Shown in pieces: positions 36,440-45,539 of a stretch of 64,000 bases of DNA (position 1 is its first letter; each line of letters begins with the position of its first letter). The notes under the pieces were generated by a model. The model did no database searches. It had not been told where the DNA came from and worked only from the letters and a program-made list of their open reading frames with translations. Origin of the DNA: a virus; the IMG/VR virus record IMGVR_UViG_3300042904_000308, positions 1 through 64,000 of that record. One strand, written 5' to 3'. The position numbers and the translations under genes are program-made.

Positions 36440-37248
36440 TCTTCTCCCTCATTCGTGTAGGCCCATTCAAGGAACCGCTCAAGAGCGTCCTGGTCGATAT
36501 GCTCGGGAAGCTGGGACTTCTCATAGGCGTTGTCGAGGGCGTACCTCGCGTAGTCCGCGCCCTGATTGAAGAGCGCTTCCGCTGTCGCCAGATCAGTCTC
36601 GGGATGCTTGATGTGATTGATCACCCGAGCGGTGACGGCGTTGATCTGAGGACTGAAGTCTGCGTATTCAAGCAGCTGGCGTCCCTGCACCAGCACGCGG
36701 ATATGCGCGGCCCACGCCTTGCGCATTCGCCGCTCATCCGAGGGGCAGCGCCCTGCTCGGTCGACCTGACTCTTGGCGTACCCTACGTGCGCGTTATAGA
36801 CGTTACGCTTGTTCAGCAAGCTGCGGCGGCTGGAGTAGAGCCACGTCCACACCAGACTCGTCTCTTCACACTTGTTGCTCCACAGCACTTCGAGCACCGT
36901 CGGATTGCCGCTGGTCGCCAGCTTCACAAAATGGTTCAGCTCGAAGGTGACGAGGTCGCCCCCCTCCGAGATGCTTCGGGGGGCTTTTTCCTTACGAAAG
37001 GGGCTGAGCATGTGCCGCAGGCTGCTGCACTGGACGACCGCGTAGTCCGTGTCGGACTCTGGTGTCGCGAGTCCGTGCAGCTGCGATCCAACGATCACTC
37101 TGGCAATCGTGCGAGGCGCACTAAGGTCCGCATAACTCACTGCAGATATCCGCTGACTGGTGACAGGCAGCTCACTGTCATACAACTGGGAGAAGGTATC
37201 CATATACGCTGTTTCCCTGAGTATTGTGGTCATAGCGACTGGTGCCAC
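36418..37248 (-). CDS. DNA polymerase beta-superfamily nucleotidyltransferase (RlaP/YcgL-like); start uncertain
   Basis: GSQLHGLATPESDTD; GNPT.LE.L; GYA.SQ; K…H..R. Confidence 0.85.
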   Translation of the reverse strand: MAPVAMTTILRETAYMDTFSQLYDSELPVTSQRISAVSYADLSAPRTIARVIVGSQLHGLATPESDTDYAVVQCSSLRHMLSPFRKEKAPRSISEGGDLVTFELNHFVKLATSGNPTVLEVLWSNKCEETSLVWTWLYSSRRSLLNKRNVYNAHVGYAKSQVDRAGRCPSDERRMRKAWAAHIRVLVQGRQLLEYADFSPQINAVTARVINHIKHPETDLATAEALFNQGADYARYALDNAYEKSQLPEHIDQDALERFLEWAYTNEGEEWQARGW

Positions 37249-37607
37249 CCTCTCGGCGCACGTGCGTCAAAACGCGGGTATGGTTCATCAAGCCGCGTCT
37301 TGAAAACATGCAGCCTGCCGAGGGTGACTCCCGCGACACTGCCGTATTCGGCCCACATCTTCTTGATCAGATCGAAAACAAATCGCTCCTGGTTCGCCTG
37401 AACGATGTACTGCTCATCACCCCGCTGCTGTCGGTCTGCAGGGATGATGTCGACAAGGCTCCACTTATCCCATCCTCCGTTCGGCAGGCCAATGGTCATC
37501 TCGAATCGGTACTCGACCCACGGCATGTGTTTATCGAGCCACTCCTGCTCTTCGGGATCGTCAGACTGCAGCGGTATATCGTTCAGACTCTCGATCTGCG
37601 GCTCCAC
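37230..37607 (-). CDS. hypothetical protein
   Basis: GAGGG RBS; GTG start. Confidence 0.5.
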   Translation of the reverse strand: MEPQIESLNDIPLQSDDPEEQEWLDKHMPWVEYRFEMTIGLPNGGWDKWSLVDIIPADRQQRGDEQYIVQANQERFVFDLIKKMWAEYGSVAGVTLGRLHVFKTRLDEPYPRFDARAPRGWHQSL

Positions 37608-38145
37608 TCGCTACCCTCTTCACTTCCGTAATAAATCGTGAAATGCAGGCCAGCGTCTGCTGTGCCTCAGTGACAGTGTCGGGAACACTTCCAACGATAA
37701 TCTCTTCCGCCGTCTCGCCCATCTCCTCGGTGATGATGGCAACCCAGTCGAGCACCGACACCCGCTGCGCACCGTACTTGTCGAAGTGGTGCTGCACCTG
37801 ATCCTTGATGCCGTACGTCAGCTCGGTGTACCGATGTGATATCGTGTAACGCCTATCCCATACGCGGGAGGCTGACTCCCATGCAAAGAACGCCGCAGCC
37901 CGTCTGGCCTCAATTACCGCTTGCGTGTAATTCTTCTTCAGGTACGCCTGAACCGCTCGACCCCAGTACATTTGCACGTAAAGCACCAGCGAGCTTCCTG
38001 CAGAGTCGAGAGAGTTGACCTCCAGAAACCTGTCCAGATACCCGTGCAGCGCTCCCGCATCACCGAACGCCTGCCTGCGGTACTGCCTGTCCTGAAATTG
38101 CGCAACATCCATGATGCGCCACGTACCGCGCTCTCGTATAATCAT
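37561..38145 (-). CDS. MazG-like NTP pyrophosphatase domain protein
   Basis: W..I.TEEMGE.AE…E..Q in the C-terminal half. Confidence 0.55.
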   Translation of the reverse strand: MIIRERGTWRIMDVAQFQDRQYRRQAFGDAGALHGYLDRFLEVNSLDSAGSSLVLYVQMYWGRAVQAYLKKNYTQAVIEARRAAAFFAWESASRVWDRRYTISHRYTELTYGIKDQVQHHFDKYGAQRVSVLDWVAIITEEMGETAEEIIVGSVPDTVTEAQQTLACISRFITEVKRVASGAADRESERYTAAV

Positions 38146-38447
38146 TCGCTACTCCAATTCATATCTTCCAGTGAGATTCGCAGGTTCCCATCGCGAATCT
38201 GACTCTCGGCCTCCTCAGACGCCGATGCCACTATCCAGCCCAGGCCGACGATGCTCAGGGAGCCGAGCTCGGCCTTATCGACATGCACAATGGCCTCGAT
38301 ACGCTGCATTCGAACCTCGACCGCGAAGAACGTCCAGACGACGTCGTTCGCGCAAAACCCCATACGGTAGGTGCCACCACATACTTTGAATGGTTCGATC
38401 TGCTGTACTTTCTCCTGAACTCGTTGCTCCCATTCCGAGAAATCCAT
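38142..38447 (-). CDS. hypothetical protein
   Basis: Operon packing. Confidence 0.5.
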   Translation of the reverse strand: MDFSEWEQRVQEKVQQIEPFKVCGGTYRMGFCANDVVWTFFAVEVRMQRIEAIVHVDKAELGSLSIVGLGWIVASASEEAESQIRDGNLRISLEDMNWSSE

Positions 38448-38455
38448 CGGTCTTC

Positions 38456-39403
38456 CTATACTTTGGAAACCGCAAACTCAACACTCGGCACTCCCCACGG
38501 CTGGCTGACCTCTCTGGCGTCAGCAAAGACCGCAGGAAAGAACGGCGACAACGCCTGGTAGACGGCGTATATGAATTCACGAATCGACTCATCCGCAGCT
38601 GGAGCAGTTCTCGTTTCAACAATGTGTCTCGCGGCTCGCATATTGAGCGAGAACATACCGTCGCTGCCGAGGGCGTTGGGAAGCACACTGCGTGCGGCTT
38701 CCTTGGCTCTCTTGCGCCTGAGCGTTCCAGTGAACGTCCCAGCCAGCTCGTCTTTCACTCGGGCCTGCAGCAGCCTGTAAGCCGCGACGTCGTTCCGACA
38801 GTTATCCATGAACAATGTCCGCGCCTCGGGATCATCACGAAACGCAGGCGGCACAATGAATCGCTGAAACTTGTCGGTAAATCGGGTACTTTCGAAGGAG
38901 TACTCGGTCCCTGCGCTGTGCCTCACCAGCTCCAGCTGTGTGCTGCGTGGCAGATCGGCAACCAACGTATTCACCCAACCGTGCGCAACGACGCTGCCGT
39001 GCCTGTGCTCGATGATCGATGACTGCAGGTACTCTTCGCGTGTCTTGCCAGACGGGTTGTCCCACGACTGGTAACACACGCGACCAGCGGCTTCGAGAAT
39101 AGCCTCAGGGCTTAGCGAGGACTCGCGACGTTGAATAATCTCGACGTCATTCGTCACAACGAGAGGACGGTGTGCCCTCCCGAATCCGTTGTAGTGCTCC
39201 TCCAGGTACTTACGATTACGTTCAAGTTCTTCTGGTGATAGATCGATATTGAACTTGATTATCGGCGGCAAGTCGATTACATCGGTGTTCCACTCGACGT
39301 CTCGGTAGGCGAGATAGTCGCTAATCCCCTGCTGCTGGGGTGTCGAGACGCCGACCACAAACACCCGAGGCGCGTGATCAATAAAGGTCAATGATTTCAT
39401 CAC
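38456..39403 (-). CDS. thyX: flavin-dependent thymidylate synthase
   Basis: E.AGRVCY.S, H.SV, ELVRH…S.ESTR, KEAAR.VLPN, A..EIR-like. Confidence 0.9.
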   Translation of the reverse strand: MMKSLTFIDHAPRVFVVGVSTPQQQGISDYLAYRDVEWNTDVIDLPPIIKFNIDLSPEELERNRKYLEEHYNGFGRAHRPLVVTNDVEIIQRRESSLSPEAILEAAGRVCYQSWDNPSGKTREEYLQSSIIEHRHGSVVAHGWVNTLVADLPRSTQLELVRHSAGTEYSFESTRFTDKFQRFIVPPAFRDDPEARTLFMDNCRNDVAAYRLLQARVKDELAGTFTGTLRRKRAKEAARSVLPNALGSDGMFSLNMRAARHIVETRTAPAADESIREFIYAVYQALSPFFPAVFADAREVSQPWGVPSVEFAVSKV

Positions 39404-39686
39404 GATTGATTTTCACATCCCACCGCACGATCCACCGAAGGTGCAACGCGCAGTTCCGAGCCAGCGTCTGCATCGCGCTAATCGCTGGCCGCTCGTCCAT
39501 ACACGAGCTGATATGCACCGTCAGGAGAAACACACGAAACGTTTCCATGTTTTGTGCGCCACCCGTCGATGTCACGTAACCCTCAATCAGACCAGCATTC
39601 TGCAGCTCGGCCATTGCCATATCCATAAGCGCCGAACCGTCATCGCTATAGACGACCTCTTCCAGGTCGTAATACTTACTTCTCAC
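39378..39686 (-). CDS. hypothetical protein
   Basis: Operon packing. Confidence 0.45.
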   Translation of the reverse strand: MRSKYYDLEEVVYSDDGSALMDMAMAELQNAGLIEGYVTSTGGAQNMETFRVFLLTVHISSCMDERPAISAMQTLARNCALHLRWIVRWDVKINRDEIIDLY

Positions 39687-39970
39687 GCATCTTCCCTTGT
39701 CTGTTCAATCACATAGGGGATCAGAATATCTTTTTCCCAAAACAGCCTGTCCCGCAGCACCCTGCACAGTCCATCCACGTTTTTTGGTGGATAGGTGGAC
39801 TGCACAGGGAGGCTGACGGTGAGGCCCAGGCGGAAGTCATGGAGAAACGTTCGATCCACGGAAAGCTCGGGAAACTCCTGCAGCAATAGCGTTGCGAAGA
39901 AGTCACAGCAGTCCAGATTGAATCGATCTATGATGCGTTCTTCTTCCGCTCCCTCCTCTAAACTGTCCAT
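39683..39970 (-). CDS. hypothetical protein
   Basis: GGGAG RBS. Confidence 0.5.
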   Translation of the reverse strand: MDSLEEGAEEERIIDRFNLDCCDFFATLLLQEFPELSVDRTFLHDFRLGLTVSLPVQSTYPPKNVDGLCRVLRDRLFWEKDILIPYVIEQTREDA

Positions 39971-40237
39971 CTACTCCCAAATCCCCATTTCGATAAATGA
40001 TCCATCGAGCGCGAACACGAAGGTCGTATAGAAACCGCTATATCCCGCTATCCGAAACCCAGCGTCCTCTTGGTGCGTAAAGTCGTCCCATTCTTTGTTT
40101 CTCGGTTGAGACTTGGCATCCAGAGTAAATTGAATCACGTTCCTCGATTTGCCATACGACCGCTGTTCAACCTCTTTAGGCTCTACCTCGATTTCCAGCG
40201 ATGCGAAGAAGGCTACCGTTCGCTCAAGGTCAGTCAT
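39971..40237 (-). CDS. hypothetical protein
   Basis: TGATG coupling with RNR; C-terminal GY.GF…F.F..DG.F…G.WE, a recurrent phage motif. Confidence 0.6.
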   Translation of the reverse strand: MTDLERTVAFFASLEIEVEPKEVEQRSYGKSRNVIQFTLDAKSQPRNKEWDDFTHQEDAGFRIAGYSGFYTTFVFALDGSFIEMGIWE

Positions 40238-42180
40238 CAGAGAACCTCACAACTGTCGTTATTACAGAACTTCGAGTCCTGACCGTCTGAGCCTCCAAAC
40301 GTCGACCAGTCAATCGTCGCGATATCCTTCGCCCGTCGGTCGTACTCGGCTTTCGTAATCCCCTCGTACGGCATCTGCGCGTACGCTCCCTCGTCGGTGT
40401 CTGGCAGCAGGCTCAGCGTCTTGATGAATGGCACGGCGAACGCGAGGAAGTCCTCGATCTGGTGTCCTTCCGTTTTCGGGTTGAACGTCACGGTGTTGCT
40501 CACCATGTTGTCCGACCAGTGCCGCTGCAGCGTGGCAACCATCCAGCCCTTCTGGTGCATGGAGATGTCACGCTGCGACCGCCGCGCCCGAGCTTCAACG
40601 GGAAACTCGAAGACGGTCGTGTTATCCGAGTACGCATCATCCTCGTGTGGCACGCCTGCGCTGGCGAGAATGCCTCCAATTGGTGTGTCTTTGCCGACAC
40701 GAATACGACGCACGTAGCGCGTATACGGCGGATAGTGCATACCAGGGGAAACACCTGCCAATTGGCTAACGGTGCCGCTCGGCTTGACGGTGGTCACGCG
40801 GATCGAGGGCGCAACCCCAGCGTCCCTCGCCAGCTTTGCATTGATTTCTCGAACCCAGTCGTAACCCTGTCGCATCAGCGTAACGATTGGCGATGCGCCG
40901 ACCGTGTCGAACCAGTCCGCGATCCCGCTCAGGCTCTCACCGATGCGGTGATTGCGAGCGACGACCGCGTTCGTCTCCTCGCTGTGCGTCGGCAGCAGCG
41001 AGACGGTGTGCGCGTAGATTTGGGCCAGCTCCAGCGCTTCGAAGTACTCCTCGTCCGTCTGGCACTTCGTCGGGAAGACCTCGACCAGACAGCAGACTTC
41101 CTTATCCTCAAGCGGCTGCTCGGCGCAGGGATTGCAGCCCGTGGCGGAATCAAACATCTCGTCGCCGTACCTGCCATACTTCTGAATGTTGAGCAGGTTC
41201 ATAATCCCTGGCTCCCCGTTGGCGCGAATCATCTCCGCGATGTCAGGGAGCTTCTTGAAGTCGTCAGTATTCGCCAGCACGATACTGTTATTGCTCATCC
41301 AGCCAATGTCAGCGCGGTCGGGATAGAGCTCGTAGTTCTTGAGATTCACGAACTCGCTGTCGTGCGGCGAGCCCAGCGCAATCTCCGCCGAACGCCGCAC
41401 GTTCCCCGCGACCACGCACGCGCCGATGGCATTCATCACATCGGCAATGACTCTGGTCGAGGAATGACTCGATTCGAGATACCCCCTCACCCGCTCGTGG
41501 AGCTTGATGAGTGGATCAGGGCCAGAGGCTGTGCCTCCAAACCCGCGAATCGGTTCCCCCGCTGGTCGAATCTGGCTGTAATCAAATGTCGCCCGATACC
41601 GCTGCGGCTTCTCGTAGCTCGCGATCAGACGCCGCAGACTTTCAACCCAGCCTTCCCGAGAGTCGGGGATCACGTATGGCTCTGGATCATCCTCAGGCGG
41701 TCGAAAGAACTCGCTGAGCTCGGTGACGCCAAAGCCGACGCCGACGCCACACATCAGTGCGTCCATCGCCCATGCCGCATCGCGGGAGAGCTGATTGACC
41801 TCCACGTAGCCGCAATTTTGCAGGGCCATCCCGCCACGCTCGTAGATGTAGGGCGTGCCCATCGCCCACAGACCTCGGCCAGGGGGAAGGAACCGCATCT
41901 CATAGATCGCGTCGGCCATGTCGATAGACTTCGCCTGCCAGTAGCTCTCGTCCCACGGCAGCTTGTGCTTGACGTACCAGTCCTTGCGGATCGACATCAC
42001 GCCCTCGACCACGCGGATCACCGTGTCGGCCCACGTTTCCTGACTGCCGTCGTCCTTGAGGCGTGAATAGGTTCGGTAATACACGACGGACCCCAGCTGG
42101 CCGAAGCCAAAGCTGGGGGTCCGCCCTCTCAAGTTCCGTTTCATGAACGGATTGAGGCTAAATCGCTCTTCTACAAACAC
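40237..42180 (-). CDS. nrdJ: class II (adenosylcobalamin-dependent) ribonucleotide reductase
   Basis: RTYSR, PPGRGLW, NC, VAGNVRRSAEI, NPCAE, TVKPSGT, C-terminal CNNDSC; GTG start after AAGAGG. Confidence 0.93.
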   Translation of the reverse strand: MFVEERFSLNPFMKRNLRGRTPSFGFGQLGSVVYYRTYSRLKDDGSQETWADTVIRVVEGVMSIRKDWYVKHKLPWDESYWQAKSIDMADAIYEMRFLPPGRGLWAMGTPYIYERGGMALQNCGYVEVNQLSRDAAWAMDALMCGVGVGFGVTELSEFFRPPEDDPEPYVIPDSREGWVESLRRLIASYEKPQRYRATFDYSQIRPAGEPIRGFGGTASGPDPLIKLHERVRGYLESSHSSTRVIADVMNAIGACVVAGNVRRSAEIALGSPHDSEFVNLKNYELYPDRADIGWMSNNSIVLANTDDFKKLPDIAEMIRANGEPGIMNLLNIQKYGRYGDEMFDSATGCNPCAEQPLEDKEVCCLVEVFPTKCQTDEEYFEALELAQIYAHTVSLLPTHSEETNAVVARNHRIGESLSGIADWFDTVGASPIVTLMRQGYDWVREINAKLARDAGVAPSIRVTTVKPSGTVSQLAGVSPGMHYPPYTRYVRRIRVGKDTPIGGILASAGVPHEDDAYSDNTTVFEFPVEARARRSQRDISMHQKGWMVATLQRHWSDNMVSNTVTFNPKTEGHQIEDFLAFAVPFIKTLSLLPDTDEGAYAQMPYEGITKAEYDRRAKDIATIDWSTFGGSDGQDSKFCNNDSCEVL

Positions 42181-42187
42181 AGGCCTC

Positions 42188-42436
42188 TTACTTGTCCTTC
42201 TTTTTCTTCTCGCTCGCCGCAGCACTCAGTGTTCGCACGCCTGGAGGATCAGGGGCGGGAGATTCCTCCCCCGTTCCCTGAGCCTCCTGCTCTGCCTGCT
42301 GGGCTATGACTGCCTGATAGACCGCAATCGCTTGCACATACTGCTGGTACCAGTCAGCCAGAGCCTGTCCCTTGAAGATCGTCTCGCGCCCGTTGCCGAA
42401 CACGAAACGAATCTCTGTCAGTCCCTCGCCTACCAA
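42188..42436 (-). CDS. hypothetical protein
   Basis: Overlaps the SSB stop; 82 aa. Confidence 0.5.
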   Translation of the reverse strand: MVGEGLTEIRFVFGNGRETIFKGQALADWYQQYVQAIAVYQAVIAQQAEQEAQGTGEESPAPDPPGVRTLSAAASEKKKKDK

Positions 42437-42927
42437 GGTGCCTGCTCCCCATCATCGATGTCGTCATCCTCGACATCCTCATTGCGGGAGCGTCGGTTCC
42501 TCGACGAACCAGACGAGCGGCCCTTCGAGGCTGGCGCAGCCTTGCGTGCTGGTCGGCGTGGAGCCTCCTCTTCCTCTTCCTCATCGGCACCGCCGCCTCG
42601 CGGATCGCTGCCGAGGTTGACTTCCGAGGCGTTGACTTCCCAGCCGTAGCGTGTCTCACCGTCCTGATTCTCGTACGAGTAGGTGCGCAGGCGACCGACG
42701 ACCGTGACTTCCTTGCCCTTGACGAGGTAGTCGACGATGCTGCTGCCGACCTTGCCGTACGCCGTCACAGGCACCCAGGCCGTCTGCTCCTGCCGATTCC
42801 CGTCGCGGTCGTTGTAGCGGCGAGTGTTCGCCATGCGAAACTTGACGACTTCGGTACCACTGTTCGTCTCGCTCAGCTCTGCATCCGCGCCGAGTCGACC
42901 ATTAATGACAACCAAATTGACTGACAT
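42430..42927 (-). CDS. ssb: single-stranded DNA-binding protein
   Basis: VN.V…GRLG.D.E, KG..V.V.GRL.T; acidic tail ending in PW. Confidence 0.95.
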   Translation of the reverse strand: MSVNLVVINGRLGADAELSETNSGTEVVKFRMANTRRYNDRDGNRQEQTAWVPVTAYGKVGSSIVDYLVKGKEVTVVGRLRTYSYENQDGETRYGWEVNASEVNLGSDPRGGGADEEEEEEAPRRPARKAAPASKGRSSGSSRNRRSRNEDVEDDDIDDGEQAPW

Positions 42928-42955
42928 GTATCTAATTCACTCCTGTAAGTTTGAA

Positions 42956-43075
42956 CTGGGTATGTACGACAGACGTTGTGGTCTAGGCGTGTGCGATAGA
43001 CGCAGCGGCCTGAGCGCAGGCAATAGCTGCTGCGGCCTGGGCATACGCGACATACATCACGGCCTGGACATAGGC
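42956..43075. repeat. degenerate 27-bp tandem repeat (~4.4 units)
   Basis: Core CTGGG-like 9-mers start at 42956, 42983, 43010, 43037 and 43064 (exact 27-bp period). Confidence 0.7.
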
Positions 43076-43137
43076 AAGGTACGAATAATCGATCTGCTGA
43101 ATCATCATCTTAGGTCATCTCCTCTAACACTTTCTGA

Positions 43138-43344
43138 TCAAGTAACTGTCTCGTATTGAACGATTGCGATATACCGATCCTGACCTGTATACCCCCCGTC
43201 ATCCCTCCGAGTTTCGAAAGCGACGACTGTCGGATAGAACACTTCAGGGCTCGCAAAGATGCGGTTGATGGCGTCCTGCAGCGTGAGCAGGGACGACTCA
43301 TCAATAATTCTGACCCGCGTCTGGACGGGACTTGGCTCTTCCAT
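43138..43344 (-). CDS. hypothetical protein
   Basis: TAATG coupling. Confidence 0.55.
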   Translation of the reverse strand: MEEPSPVQTRVRIIDESSLLTLQDAINRIFASPEVFYPTVVAFETRRDDGGYTGQDRYIAIVQYETVT

Positions 43345-43637
43345 TAATGCTTCTCGCTACTGTTCCTGGGAACCTCAGGCGCGGGTGGCGGCGGATCGCC
43401 CCATCCCGCGTCGACCCACTGCTTGTTCAGGCGCTCCAGCTTGTCGCCAGGCCTGCCGTCATTGATGTGGTCATGCTTGAACGAGCCGTCGCAGTTCCAC
43501 GTGTCGGGAACGGGATAGACAACCCGAGTCGAGAGCGTGCCGCACGCGGGACAGGGAACTTCCCACTCCGCGTCAATCATCTTACGGACAATCTCGAAAA
43601 CGCCGTGCGTCGGGCACTTATGATCGTACCGAGCCAT
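43344..43637 (-). CDS. FmdB-like zinc-ribbon protein
   Basis: Y.H.C..HG.FE…CPACG…R. Confidence 0.7.
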   Translation of the reverse strand: MARYDHKCPTHGVFEIVRKMIDAEWEVPCPACGTLSTRVVYPVPDTWNCDGSFKHDHINDGRPGDKLERLNKQWVDAGWGDPPPPAPEVPRNSSEKH

Positions 43638-43891
43638 CAGCGTACCCTCGGCGGCTCAGGCACATAGAGACTCGGGTGCTTCGACCGCGCCTGCTGCTCT
43701 TGCTGCGCCTGCATCATGCTGTGAAACAGCAGCAGTTCCAGCTTGGCCTTCGCAATCTCGCACATGTGGATCATTTCCTGTGGATGGAACTGACCGTTCT
43801 GTGTTCCAACCATGACCTCGCCTTCATCATTGATGAAGAGCAGGATCACGGGTCCAGTTGGCTGTTTCGATTTCTGTGTTTCTTCGCTCAC
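43637..43891 (-). CDS. hypothetical protein
   Basis: AGGAAAGG RBS; GTG start. Confidence 0.55.
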   Translation of the reverse strand: MSEETQKSKQPTGPVILLFINDEGEVMVGTQNGQFHPQEMIHMCEIAKAKLELLLFHSMMQAQQEQQARSKHPSLYVPEPPRVR

Positions 43892-43979
43892 GTACCTTTC
43901 CTTTGATCTAGCTCGCCTGTAATGTCAGTTCGGATCGTCGATACGCTCCCTCCTCGTTACATGTGAATACGAGCGCTTG

Positions 43980-44017
43980 CCTCCACTATTAATATCGTCA
44001 CAACATGCTCGAAACTT
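43980..44017 (-). promoter_or_regulatory. conserved phage element, copy 2
   Basis: AAGTTTCGAGCATGTTGTGACGATATTAATAGTGGAGG. Confidence 0.75.
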
Positions 44018-44243
44018 ATCCTGTTTGGCCCCAACCTTTGAGAATGAATGAAAGTTCGTTCTGCTTGGCCTGCTCCTCCGATATCTCACCGTTTTCGAAG
44101 AGCTTGATGTTGGCTGAGAGGAACATATACTGGCTGGGTGTCACCGCAGACCAGTGGTCCTGAAACCACGGTTTATAGGACGCATAGCCCAGCTCGCCGT
44201 CTTCCTCGTCTGCATATAAGGGTCGAAGCAACTTTAACGCCAT
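44016..44243 (-). CDS. hypothetical protein
   Basis: 75-aa ORF. Confidence 0.45.
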   Translation of the reverse strand: MALKLLRPLYADEEDGELGYASYKPWFQDHWSAVTPSQYMFLSANIKLFENGEISEEQAKQNELSFILKGWGQTG

Positions 44244-44272
44244 TTACAACTCATCATTCCTTGTGATACACT
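44243..44272 (+). promoter_or_regulatory. sigma70-type promoter of the lone + strand gene
   Basis: TTTACA-N18-TACACT with an extended -10 (TGnTACACT). Confidence 0.55.
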
Positions 44273-44308
44273 GCGTCGGATTCGCTGGTTTAGGGAAAGG
44301 ACACAGGG

Positions 44309-44713
44309 ATGGAAGGGTTCACACTCTTTGAAGCGCCTCGTCGAGGCAAACCACAGACCGAGCCAAGGGTATCGTTGAGTACCAATGGCACACTCACACT
44401 GAACACGCTGGCACTGGAGCTCTTCAACGACAGCACGGTTGAATGCGTTCAGCTTCTCTACAGTGAGGAGTCTCGACAGGTCGCGCTGAAGGGCGTGCCT
44501 ACCGATGCGCCCTACAGTTATCGACTTCGCCAGTCTGGTAAGAGCGAGTCCCGCTCAGTCAGCGCTCGGGCCTTCAGTGAGTTCTACGGTATTTCGCTCG
44601 ACGAACGACAAGAGTTCACCCCCTGGGCAGTCGAGCCAGGAATTGTTGCCTTCAGCTTGGAGAATGAAGTTCCTGACGAGAACGCTACTCAGCCGAAGGG
44701 ACGTCGGAAGTAG
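44309..44713 (+). CDS. hypothetical protein, possibly AbrB/MraZ-like swapped-hairpin fold
   Basis: AAGGA RBS; P.VS….G.L.LN..A…V.LLY…..VAL pattern; only + strand gene in the early arm. Confidence 0.65.
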   Translation: MEGFTLFEAPRRGKPQTEPRVSLSTNGTLTLNTLALELFNDSTVECVQLLYSEESRQVALKGVPTDAPYSYRLRQSGKSESRSVSARAFSEFYGISLDERQEFTPWAVEPGIVAFSLENEVPDENATQPKGRRK

Positions 44714-45518
44714 CAGCCTGTCGCGCATCGCATGCTTCTCTCAAGGCACAATAATCGCAGAGCACATGGCGATACCCCCGCTCGTTCATCCAGAGTGGGG
44801 GCATCTCTTTGTCCGTTCGGTAGCGCACAATCGGCCTGAGCCTCTCGATGATAAACGCCTCAGTCTCGTCAAGTGACCATAACGGCGCAGCCACCTTCTT
44901 GGTGCCGCTCATGTCGAAATACAGGATTCCCGCCTGGTCAATCTCGATATGCTGGGTCTTCATCTCGGGCAGCAGATCGGTCGTCTCCATATTGACGCCA
45001 CCCCACATCAGCCAGCGGTAGATCGACACCTGCTTCGGGTGATCTTCCTTCGGCAACCCGTCCTTGATCGGCTTGCGGTTGATCGACTTCGTTGATTTGA
45101 AATCGATCAGCAGCTTGCGCTTCAGATCGGTCCAGTCGGCCTTGCCTGTAATCTCGATGGACACACCATCAATCTCAACCGACTTACGAAAGCGGATTTC
45201 CTGCACGACGTTTGCTTCGTCGCTACCGTAGGCTTCCATCATCAGGTGGCCGATGGTGCCCCGAAATCTCGCCCAGTAGGAAGACGGCTTCTCGTAGTAG
45301 TCCTCTTCCTGCATGAGGATGACCTTGCGCGGACAGTCCAGCAGCATCGTTGCCGAGATACCCGCGTCCTTGCGTTCCCTCTGATTCTTGCTCATCGCCA
45401 CCAGCAACGGCAGCGGGTTATCGCATCGACGAGGGCCACCAGCCCTCGCGCATGCTAGACACTCATCGAAACTATAGGCTTCGCCGTCTGCATCGCAAAG
45501 CACCCCTTTAAGACCCAT
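44685..45518 (-). CDS. Cas4-like PD-(D/E)XK exonuclease
   Basis: CPRK, GT..H, E, G.AD, DFKS, Q..IY; C-terminal CDYC…C. Confidence 0.85.
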   Translation of the reverse strand: MGLKGVLCDADGEAYSFDECLACARAGGPRRCDNPLPLLVAMSKNQRERKDAGISATMLLDCPRKVILMQEEDYYEKPSSYWARFRGTIGHLMMEAYGSDEANVVQEIRFRKSVEIDGVSIEITGKADWTDLKRKLLIDFKSTKSINRKPIKDGLPKEDHPKQVSIYRWLMWGGVNMETTDLLPEMKTQHIEIDQAGILYFDMSGTKKVAAPLWSLDETEAFIIERLRPIVRYRTDKEMPPLWMNERGYRHVLCDYCALREACDARQAATSDVPSAE

Positions 45519-45539
45519 GTAGTATTAGACACCTTACGA

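Noticed and set aside
26258-37248. tRNA genes expected near Thg1 and the RNA ligases
   Set aside because: No cloverleaf with T-arm/D-arm consensus was seen; the intergenic gaps are too short.
42956-43075. 27-bp periodic region as a mini-CRISPR array
   Set aside because: The units are too short and degenerate, with no distinct spacers; the Cas4-like gene is a common solo phage nuclease.
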